From: Candidatus Lokiarchaeum ossiferum
Lineage (GTDB): Archaea > Asgardarchaeota > Lokiarchaeia > Sigyniarchaeales > Promethearchaeaceae
DNA length: 32,000 nucleotides
Assembly: GCA_025839675.1 (NCBI GenBank)
Contig: CP104013.1
Span: 870,001 to 902,000 of the forward strand
Direction: 5' to 3'
Made by a program: the position numbers and the translations under genes. The notes under the pieces are model-generated. The model did not search any database and was not told the origin of the DNA. It was given only the letters and a program-made list of their open reading frames with translations. Below are positions 8,396 to 15,726 of the stretch, piece after piece (the stretch's first letter is position 1; each line of letters begins with the position of its first letter).

Positions 8396-9667
8396 TTATG
8401 CGTCCTCCGTTAATTTTCTGTAATCATCGATCACTTTTTGGACCAATGCACGAGCATCATCGAGATCTTTTTCTTCGAAACCAGAATCAGTAAACCAGTG
8501 AGCGAATGCTTTTCGAGACCAAAGTCGATCAAAATTAGCGCCAATTCGCTCAAAGACTGAGACAATTTCAGAGTTGTTTCCTAACATAATGACACCTAAA
8601 GCACTATCTTTTGGAGAAGTTTCACTCTTTGAAATCTTGAATCCTGTTGGAATCCAGTTTACAAAGGAATTCTGTTCTTTGACAGTAGCCATAGCTTCAT
8701 TTACATCACTAGTTTTGACAGCACCACGGAATAGTACGGAAGCTGCAAGATATCTCCCAGTGGTAGGTTTGCATGCCGCGCAAATATATTCATCACCAAA
8801 TACTTGTGCCGATAATTCTTTGGCGGTCATTTTTTCATAACTTTCTTTACCTGCCAACACGAGTGGAGCAGTAGAAGCCATTAAGAAATGTAAGTTAGAG
8901 AATGGGACTAAGTTGGTGACTAATTTGCCAAGATCAAGGTTCAAAGTTCCGCTAAATCGTAAGGATGCGGTCACATTGGTCAATACTTGAGCAATGATTA
9001 AGTTTAAGTCTTCTAAACTTGGATTTTCCACTTCTAATTTCTTTTCTGCAATGCTAAATAAGGCTTCATTATCTAAAACAATGGAACAGCTAGCATATTT
9101 GATTAAATTAGATAATGTCATGATGGCATTATATGGTTCAACCACAGTTTCAGAAATTTTAGGACTTGGGAAGATACTGAAGGTAAAGATTGGGACCTTT
9201 GGATATCTTTCACGAATGGTTTTCAAAATTTTTGAACCAAATCCGGATCCGGTTCCACCACCACAGCTGTGGGTTAATATGAAGCCCCCGATCGATTCGG
9301 TTTCAGATACACGTTGTTCAACAACTTGCATAACTTTTTCTAATGTCTCAGCTCCGTGTTCATTGAAGCCAATTGCAAAGTTATTTCCGGCACCATCAGC
9401 ACCTGAGACAATTGATTTAGGATCAAAGAGAGTCCCAAATTTTTCACGAATATTTTCCACTACTGCTGGTTCTAAATCCACAACGACGGCTCGTGGAATA
9501 TATTTATCCCCAATAGTATTAAAGAAAATATCGGTATCGCCAACTACATCGATGGCTTTACCATTTACAGGATCAATGCCGTGTTCTGCGCAAATTTTTT
9601 GCCAAAACGCACCAGCAATTTGGTTTCCGGCTTGACCGACCTGTATACAAACGATTTCTCCTGCCAT
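8396..9667 (-). CDS. Tubulin, beta-like (Lys at T7 catalytic position); Asgard AtubA/B-type family candidate
   Basis: MAGEIVCIQVGQAGNQIAG (compare beta-tubulin MREIVHIQAGQCGNQIG). T4 signature GGGTGSG at 9242-9262. VVEPYNAIMT. T7/H8 LNLDLGKLVTNLVPFSNLHF has Lys (codon 8924-8926) where beta-tubulin has K254. WIPTGFK; GNNSEIVSVFERIGANFDRLWSRKAFAHWF. The ORF track starts at GTG 9682 (MGMINM...). ATG 9667 aligns exactly with the partner's MGREVI start, so I prefer it. Confidence 0.95.
   Translation of the reverse strand: MAGEIVCIQVGQAGNQIAGAFWQKICAEHGIDPVNGKAIDVVGDTDIFFNTIGDKYIPRAVVVDLEPAVVENIREKFGTLFDPKSIVSGADGAGNNFAIGFNEHGAETLEKVMQVVEQRVSETESIGGFILTHSCGGGTGSGFGSKILKTIRERYPKVPIFTFSIFPSPKISETVVEPYNAIMTLSNLIKYASCSIVLDNEALFSIAEKKLEVENPSLEDLNLIIAQVLTNVTASLRFSGTLNLDLGKLVTNLVPFSNLHFLMASTAPLVLAGKESYEKMTAKELSAQVFGDEYICAACKPTTGRYLAASVLFRGAVKTSDVNEAMATVKEQNSFVNWIPTGFKISKSETSPKDSALGVIMLGNNSEIVSVFERIGANFDRLWSRKAFAHWFTDSGFEEKDLDDARALVQKVIDDYRKLTEDA
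8404..8408 (-). promoter_or_regulatory. Shine-Dalgarno GGAGG for the alpha-like tubulin, embedded in the end of the beta-like gene
   Basis: The minus strand reads ACGGAGGACGCATAAAATG. GGAGG lies 9 nt upstream of the ATG (8394-8392). The upstream TAA (8398-8396) is 1 nt from that ATG. Confidence 0.7.
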
Positions 9668-9979
9668 GTTTATCATACCCACTTGAAATTTTGCATTTCG
9701 AATATTATCGTTAAATTATTGGTCTTTATGATGTGAGACTCAATAACTATCGCGAAATATTTAATTCAAGAGTTATGTCAATTTTATGCGATCGAGCTAA
9801 TAATAATATATTTTAAAAAATAGGGTCGAAAAATGATTGAAAAAAGCATGGAAAAATTTCTAATGTTGAAATATAAAAGAAACCACTAAATATCTATGAA
9901 AAATTAGTAGGATTGGAAAAATTTATTTTCTTGAAAAAAGGACGAAATCGGTAAAAAATGTTTTAAATTGGAAGATGGA

Positions 9980-10378
9980 TTACCGACGATCCAAATACCG
10001 TGAAATAAAATAATAAATAACTAAAAAGCCAACTTCAGTAATAGAGAAAATAATACTTACAAGGAGCTGTGGAAAGATTCCCATTGCTTCTGTGATCCAA
10101 TAGAAACTGATGATAATAAAAAGCATAGTAAAGATACGAATGATATCTTTTCGTTTAATAAAGGAATATACTATCAGCCCTAATAAAGCAACCATTAGTA
10201 ATGCAGGAATGATATATAAATTACTAAAACGTTGCATACAAAAAATGGAAATTGTAAAGGAGAATATAAAATTAATTCCAGACATCACTAAATAGGTCAG
10301 CCCGATTTTATCAGTTAAAATTTCCCAATCCTCACTAGTATATAACAAATCTTTTTTTTCTTTTTTAACTTCAGTCAT
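9980..10378 (-). CDS. Small 4-TM membrane protein (paralog A)
   Basis: 132 aa with four hydrophobic helices. Shares T-x-LV...IN...IF...Y..(I/L)P......LGL.....F..RKD with the adjacent ORF. Its start overlaps the upstream stop (ATGACTGA, 10371-10378). Confidence 0.65.
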   Translation of the reverse strand: MTEVKKEKKDLLYTSEDWEILTDKIGLTYLVMSGINFIFSFTISIFCMQRFSNLYIIPALLMVALLGLIVYSFIKRKDIIRIFTMLFIIISFYWITEAMGIFPQLLVSIIFSITEVGFLVIYYFISRYLDRR

Positions 10379-10781
10379 TAAAAATTACCGTCCCAGGATG
10401 AGAGTCATAATAATTCATGCAAAGAAGACTAATTTCAAGGAGTGTGATCACTAAAACAGGCCACACCCCCCAAATGTCTAATAATGCTAAAATGGTAAGA
10501 AACGTGCAAGCCACGATGATGTACGAAAAGATATTAATCATCAGAGAAAAATAATCTTTACGAACGAAAATCCAAAATAGAAGACCTAAAATACTAATTA
10601 TTACAATAGGGAGGATCCATAAGTAAACTTTACTTTCTGAAACCAAAAAAATGACCCCTACAATAATAACAAGCAAATTAATAAAGGCATAAACAAGATG
10701 TGTGAATGAATTAGTTCTTACCATTTCTCCGGGAGTTTCTTCATTTCGATCAAAAATGCGTTCACTTCCATCACGAATCAT
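10371..10781 (-). CDS. Small 4-TM membrane protein (paralog B)
   Basis: 136 aa. Tandem paralog of 9980-10378, with an 8-nt overlap that indicates co-transcription. Confidence 0.65.
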   Translation of the reverse strand: MIRDGSERIFDRNEETPGEMVRTNSFTHLVYAFINLLVIIVGVIFLVSESKVYLWILPIVIISILGLLFWIFVRKDYFSLMINIFSYIIVACTFLTILALLDIWGVWPVLVITLLEISLLCMNYYDSHPGTVIFND

Positions 10782-11015
10782 AATAGATTAAGCTAATTTT
10801 TCCCTTTATTTGAACATTCAGAAATTTAGAGATAGAGATCGATCTACTTTATATGAACTCCTAAAATAGATAATAATCTTAATTTAAGGCTTTATAGCAG
10901 GAGCATTATCGAAATATTGGTTATTCATAAAATTAAGGAAAAAACTAAAAGAAGAACGAGAAATAAGAGATGAAAAGGAAAAAAAAAGGAATAGTTTTGA
11001 ATTGTGACTTGTTTC

Positions 11016-12311
11016 TTACAATAATTTCATCATTTTCTTCAAATTACCAGACATGATTAATTGCATCACACCACGTGAGCCACCAATAACTTCTTGGATA
11101 GAAGAAACACCCCAAGTCCGCATCACACGAGTATTATCTGTCACAGAGACGCCACCCATCAATTGTTGAGTTTCATAAGCCGTTTCTGCAGCTAATTTTG
11201 CACAAAGATATTTAATTTGACCGGACCATTGAGCACTGGCTTTAGACATTTCTGGAGTGACTTTTTCACCACGTTGCATTACTTGCAATACATTCTCATC
11301 ATACATCTTTGCAATATTAAAGGCTGCCATTGTAGCCGAAGAAACACGAATTAGAAGGTCAGAGAATGGATAGGATACAGCTTGATACTTCATGATTGGT
11401 TTTCCAAATTGGTTTCGAAGATTGCTATAAATTATACCATTAAGGATCGAACTCCAACAAATACCTAAACTGGAACCTACGATAGAGAGTCGTTCTGGAA
11501 CTAAGCCATCAAATAAATTATGGTAACCTTGACCGGGTTTACCTGTGATCATTGCTTCAGGAACAACTATACCATTATAATGAGTTTTCCCAATATGTAC
11601 TCTAGGCACGGCATTAATTTTCAACCGTTCAGTAGTTATCCCCATATCTCGGCTTAACATTGCTTGAACCATAGTACCGCGAGGATTCGCCTCATCTACG
11701 CAACCATACCCTAAGAAATAATCGGATTTTGGACCATTAGTGGTAAATATTTTCATTCCTTCAAATTTATATCCACCATCCACGGGGCTAACTTTAGCTT
11801 CCATATTGACTGTATCAGATCCATGGTTAGCTTCGGTCATTGCAATACACCCAACTTTGGTCCCTGAAAGTAATTCATCTTGGACTTTATCTAATTCAGG
11901 AGTCCCTCCATGTTGGAAAGTAGGATTTCCACACAAAATTCCAGAAGCAAGTCGTGCCAGATCAAATTCAGCATCCATCATAGCAAGGTTCATTCCCAAT
12001 AACATTTCATATTTACAACCCGCTAATTTAAACTCCTTCCAAGGATTTAGGCGTTGAATGTATCCCTTTTTCCCAAAATCAGGAAACATTCCATAAACAT
12101 CGGTTTCATAGTTGATCTTTGGATCATAATCAATACAAAATTCTTGTAATTCTTTCACAAACCCACGTTCTTCCTCTGTTAAGAGAAGATTGACTTGATC
12201 ATTCCATAGTTTATACACATTTTCAAGGCGCATCTGTTCCTCGATATCTTGTGGAATTATTTTTACTTTATCGACCATATTATTCACTTTTTTAGAAAAA
12301 TCCATACCCAT
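11016..12311 (-). CDS. Acyl-CoA dehydrogenase family protein
   Basis: 431 aa. CIAMTEANHGSDTVNMEA (compare the ACAD (L/M)TEPxxGSD motif). GGYKFEGMKIFTTNGP (ACAD middle beta-domain). Length is typical of the family. Substrate is unknown. Confidence 0.8.
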   Translation of the reverse strand: MGMDFSKKVNNMVDKVKIIPQDIEEQMRLENVYKLWNDQVNLLLTEEERGFVKELQEFCIDYDPKINYETDVYGMFPDFGKKGYIQRLNPWKEFKLAGCKYEMLLGMNLAMMDAEFDLARLASGILCGNPTFQHGGTPELDKVQDELLSGTKVGCIAMTEANHGSDTVNMEAKVSPVDGGYKFEGMKIFTTNGPKSDYFLGYGCVDEANPRGTMVQAMLSRDMGITTERLKINAVPRVHIGKTHYNGIVVPEAMITGKPGQGYHNLFDGLVPERLSIVGSSLGICWSSILNGIIYSNLRNQFGKPIMKYQAVSYPFSDLLIRVSSATMAAFNIAKMYDENVLQVMQRGEKVTPEMSKASAQWSGQIKYLCAKLAAETAYETQQLMGGVSVTDNTRVMRTWGVSSIQEVIGGSRGVMQLIMSGNLKKMMKLL

Positions 12312-12651
12312 TTTATACTAATTTATAAAAATGGACTATCAGTTTAGATTTAGAATGCAGAAAATAAAAAAGCTTTACCCACAAATATTTACAAATAGCT
12401 GATTATGTCGAGAAAATGCTGCAAAATAGTCATTTCTGCGGAAATTATAGGCATGAAAGATCATCATCAGTAATTTTCATGCCCCTTGAAATTAAATAAT
12501 TCGGATTAGCGATATAAAAAGGTCTAACAAGAATCAAATTTTGGATGGTTAAAAAAAAAGAATAAAGTGTCAGGTTCTTCGGATGTAATGAAAATTGTTG
12601 TCAAAAAATTCTTTTTATTCTATTAGCACCATATAGTTACATGACTACCCC

Positions 12652-14238
12652 ATGGATGAAACGATCGCTTTATTTGTAAGTCTTGGATTAATTGTGATTT
12701 TTATTTCATATACTGTATTGTACTATCTAATAGTTGTTAAAAAGCGTGAAGATATACAAGAAGGCTCAATAACAAGATCCGCAGTTCAAACATTAGAGGA
12801 TTTATTTAAAGAACAAGAAATGGAATCGATCCGTTCGAAATTAGCGAATTTACACCAAATCGCGTCAACTAAAGGAATTCAAGAAGCGGGTCCACTTTCT
12901 ATAAAGAAAGACGAAAAATTGCTTATTGATGAAGGAGAACAATTATGGAAAGAATGGAATGCCGAATTAGGGGAAGCCGAACCAATTTCTGATGAACAGC
13001 GTCAAAAAGATATTGAATTATTAAAAACAACCGTTTCTGCTTTAGAACAATTGGATAAAGAGCATTATAACGAATTAGAGAAAGAAGAAGTAGATATGGG
13101 GAAAGGAATGTTTTATGATTCGATCTCACGAAAGTTGGGGAGAATTTTAAAAAATAAAAATTGGAAAGAATTACCATTTATTCAAGCGGAAAAATTGGAA
13201 AATGAAGCATTAGGAACAGTTAAACACCTCGAACATGATGATTTTAAGGAAACTCTCAAATTGATGAAAGTTGTTGGGATATTTAAAGACATTGTTGAAA
13301 TTGATCCTCATACTACACTCTTAGTTTTTACTAAAACGCCTTTAAAATTTTCCCTTGTTGAAAAAGTAGTGCTAAGTTTTATTGCCCATTCTGAAAATTC
13401 CTCGATCACCGAATTACAAAAGTTAACTGGATGGAAATCTTCATATTTATATCAAGTTATCGAAGATCTGGAACAGAGAAAAATAATTTTAAAACAAGAA
13501 AACCAACTCCAAGCAATTGGATTCATGACAAAGGAGGAACGCACAAATCGGCATCAAAAACTCCATGAAATTCAACTGAAAAAGGAAGAAAAAGAAAATA
13601 AAGTTAATCAGCTCCAACGTGAACAACAAGCGAAAATGAAAGCGGAACAAAAAGAGAAGGAACTTCAACAGAAATTAGAACTGGAACGGAAGCAGAAGGA
13701 ATTAGAAGATGCACGATTGAAAGCAGAAATCGAAGCTCAAAGCGAATCTATGAAAATAGATGTTGATGAACCTGTTATGGAATCTTCAACTCCAGAATTG
13801 CTTGAAGTTCAAAAACGCGAAGAAATTATTCAAAATATTCAACAAATTTTTACAAACACAATGCCCTTAACGGGAGGAATTATCATCCTCCAAGCTTTAC
13901 TATACTATATTAATCAAGGACCATATCCAAACATGCAAAAGATTGAATTGCTTCATTACATCGATATTATGAAAGAACGTCAAATCATTTATGAAGAAAT
14001 TTCCTATTCGGGAGTAGATATCTACATTTTCCAAGATCTTATGATTGATGATGAAATGAAAGTAGCGCTCCGTCATTTTGTCACCCATGGAGAAATGGAT
14101 ATGGAGGATCTTGAAACTGCTACGGACTGGGATACTGAACATGCAAAACGAGTATTAAAACGTTTTTATGATCAAAAAATATTACAACTTAATCAGCGGA
14201 ATCACTTTTATATACCGGGATTGTTCAATACTAATTAG
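12652..14238 (+). CDS. N-terminally membrane-anchored coiled-coil protein with winged-helix-like segments
   Basis: N-terminal TM helix IALFVSLGLIVIFISYTVLYYLIVV. Long E/K/Q-rich coiled coil (KEEKENKVNQLQREQQAKMKAEQKEKELQQKLELERKQKELEDARLKAE). wHTH-like stretches SITELQKLTGWKSSYLYQVIEDLEQRKII and MEDLETATDWDTEHAKRVLKRFYDQKIL. Confidence 0.6.
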   Translation: MDETIALFVSLGLIVIFISYTVLYYLIVVKKREDIQEGSITRSAVQTLEDLFKEQEMESIRSKLANLHQIASTKGIQEAGPLSIKKDEKLLIDEGEQLWKEWNAELGEAEPISDEQRQKDIELLKTTVSALEQLDKEHYNELEKEEVDMGKGMFYDSISRKLGRILKNKNWKELPFIQAEKLENEALGTVKHLEHDDFKETLKLMKVVGIFKDIVEIDPHTTLLVFTKTPLKFSLVEKVVLSFIAHSENSSITELQKLTGWKSSYLYQVIEDLEQRKIILKQENQLQAIGFMTKEERTNRHQKLHEIQLKKEEKENKVNQLQREQQAKMKAEQKEKELQQKLELERKQKELEDARLKAEIEAQSESMKIDVDEPVMESSTPELLEVQKREEIIQNIQQIFTNTMPLTGGIIILQALLYYINQGPYPNMQKIELLHYIDIMKERQIIYEEISYSGVDIYIFQDLMIDDEMKVALRHFVTHGEMDMEDLETATDWDTEHAKRVLKRFYDQKILQLNQRNHFYIPGLFNTN

Positions 14239-14314
14239 AAAAATAGGAACCAAAAAAAAATGTTGTTGAACCTTCTCTCCAATGAAGGACAGCCGAAGAT
14301 TAACGGAATTCTTT

Positions 14315-15502
14315 TTAAGATTTCATGCCTAAAACAAAATCAGCTAATAATTTTGCGGCGTCCTTGGGATTTAGAGTTCCTTTGGGAGGATTTTTAAATC
14401 CATAGCATGAAATTTCATTAATTGACCCGGAAGATCCTTGATGTAGAGCAATTTTCGTTGCACGGATAATGTCAGCTAAAATAGCACCTCCATTAGGTCC
14501 ATCTTGAGTCTGAATTTTAACATCCATAACAATTTCTGATCCTAAAAAACCATGTCCCACAATCCAAAGCATAGAATTACGAGCATTACCCATGTGGGGA
14601 ACATAATCAGAAGTACCTGCTACAATTGGTGCATCAATTTTTAGAGAAGAAGCAACAGTTTTACTTTTTATGTCACGTTTCAATTTTCGAGATCGATGAA
14701 TTGTATTAAGGGATTCTGCTCCACCTCCAACATCTAATGCATAACTTTCTTTTATATGAACCCCTTGTTGAAGCATCTGTTGCAAAATCATTTTATGAAC
14801 GATGGTTGCACCAAATTGGTCTTGTAAATCATCTCCAATGAGAGGCAACCCCGCATCATGATATTTTCGAGCAAATTCTTTATTTCCCGCAATAGTTGTC
14901 GGAGTTGCGTTGATAAAAGCACAACCAGCGCTTAAAGCAATATCTGCATAATATTCTACAGCCTTCGTTGCCCCAGAAGGAAGTAAACACAGGACTATTT
15001 CAGCAAGACTTTCTTTTAATTCTTGCACAATATTTACAGGTGTTTCCTCCGATGGATTAATTATTTTACGAGTTTCATCAATTACTCCATCCAAAATTTC
15101 ACCCATTTGCACTTTAACTTCCGATGTAGGCATTGCCACTTGAAGAACAAATTCATTAGCTGCAATAGCTTCATTTAATGGTTTTCCCACTTTTTTTGCG
15201 GATATATCAAAAGCGGAAACAACTTCAATATCTGAAATGTGATATCCTGCCAAAGTCGGGTGTAATAACCCAATATTATTATTTCGGGCTTTATAAAATT
15301 CTATACCTTGAATTAAAGCTGAAGCGGCATTTCCGACTCCAATGATTGCTAAATTTATTTTTTGAGGCATTATTTGGACCTTATTTCGTTTTTTTATACG
15401 AGAAACCGTCATTCTGGAGATGTTGAAATGCTCCATCGCCTCATTATATGTATGAGATCCGAGGTAGCGAAGAACTTCATCGTCTCGAAATTTGGAATTC
15501 AT
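14315..15502 (-). CDS. ino1: Inositol-3-phosphate synthase (myo-inositol-1-phosphate synthase) with in-frame 44-aa HTH-like N-terminal extension
   Basis: Collinear with the bacterial/archaeal Ino1 family as I recall it. IIGVGNAASALIQGIEFY matches IVGVGNCASSLVQGVEYY. GDDLQDQFGATIVHKMIL matches GDDIKSQVGATITHRVL. LDVGGGAESLN matches LNVGGNMDFLN. The internal Met45 (ATG at 15370-15368, MPQKINLAIIG) is the conventional start. The upstream 44 aa contain YNEAMEHFNISRMTVSRIKKR. Confidence 0.85.
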   Translation of the reverse strand: MNSKFRDDEVLRYLGSHTYNEAMEHFNISRMTVSRIKKRNKVQIMPQKINLAIIGVGNAASALIQGIEFYKARNNNIGLLHPTLAGYHISDIEVVSAFDISAKKVGKPLNEAIAANEFVLQVAMPTSEVKVQMGEILDGVIDETRKIINPSEETPVNIVQELKESLAEIVLCLLPSGATKAVEYYADIALSAGCAFINATPTTIAGNKEFARKYHDAGLPLIGDDLQDQFGATIVHKMILQQMLQQGVHIKESYALDVGGGAESLNTIHRSRKLKRDIKSKTVASSLKIDAPIVAGTSDYVPHMGNARNSMLWIVGHGFLGSEIVMDVKIQTQDGPNGGAILADIIRATKIALHQGSSGSINEISCYGFKNPPKGTLNPKDAAKLLADFVLGMKS

Positions 15503-15726
15503 TGATCAAAATATGTTACTATTATTTTTTAATGTTACTTTACAACTCCTAGCGTATTTTGTTTTTTTTGTTCTTATTCTTTTTTAAAAAGCGCATTATT
15601 TTCATGATTTTCTCTCAGATTCCAAAATTCTGGAAAATTTTCTTTCAATCAATACTAGTTTTTTGAATCAAATGTCACCACATTTTCCATAGATTTATTT
15701 AGGTTAACTGCAACAATATTGTCAGA

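Noticed and set aside
7426-9635. Plus-strand ORFs 7426-7665, 8574-8840 and 8994-9635 inside the tubulin genes
   Set aside because: These are antisense shadow ORFs of strongly supported minus-strand genes. Their translations are low-complexity or unrecognisable.
7120-9682. Possibility that the tubulin genes are eukaryotic contamination or a chimeric contig
   Set aside because: There are no introns. The two genes are 1 nt apart, with a GGAGG Shine-Dalgarno embedded in the upstream gene. The neighbours are operonic ABC transporter genes with overlapping stop/start codons, an IS4/ISH3-like IS and a PGF-CTERM-like protein. Composition is uniform across the window. All of this points to a prokaryotic (archaeal) replicon.
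7120-9682. Assignment of the pair as FtsZ/CetZ or as Prosthecobacter BtubA/B
   Set aside because: The motifs are tubulin-specific rather than FtsZ-like: an MxxE(I/V)xxxxxGQAGxQ(I/V) start, VVEPYNA, NLVP(Y/F) and (W/F)IPTG. No kinesin-light-chain-like gene follows the pair. The very AT-rich context and the longin-GTPase fusion do not fit what I recall of Prosthecobacter. A phylogeny is still needed to settle the BtubA/B question.
9683-9979. Calling a specific TATA/BRE promoter for the tubulin operon
   Set aside because: The 300-nt upstream region contains several TATA-like strings on the minus strand, for example TTAAATATTT and GATAATATT. In DNA this AT-rich, none can be singled out without transcription start site data.
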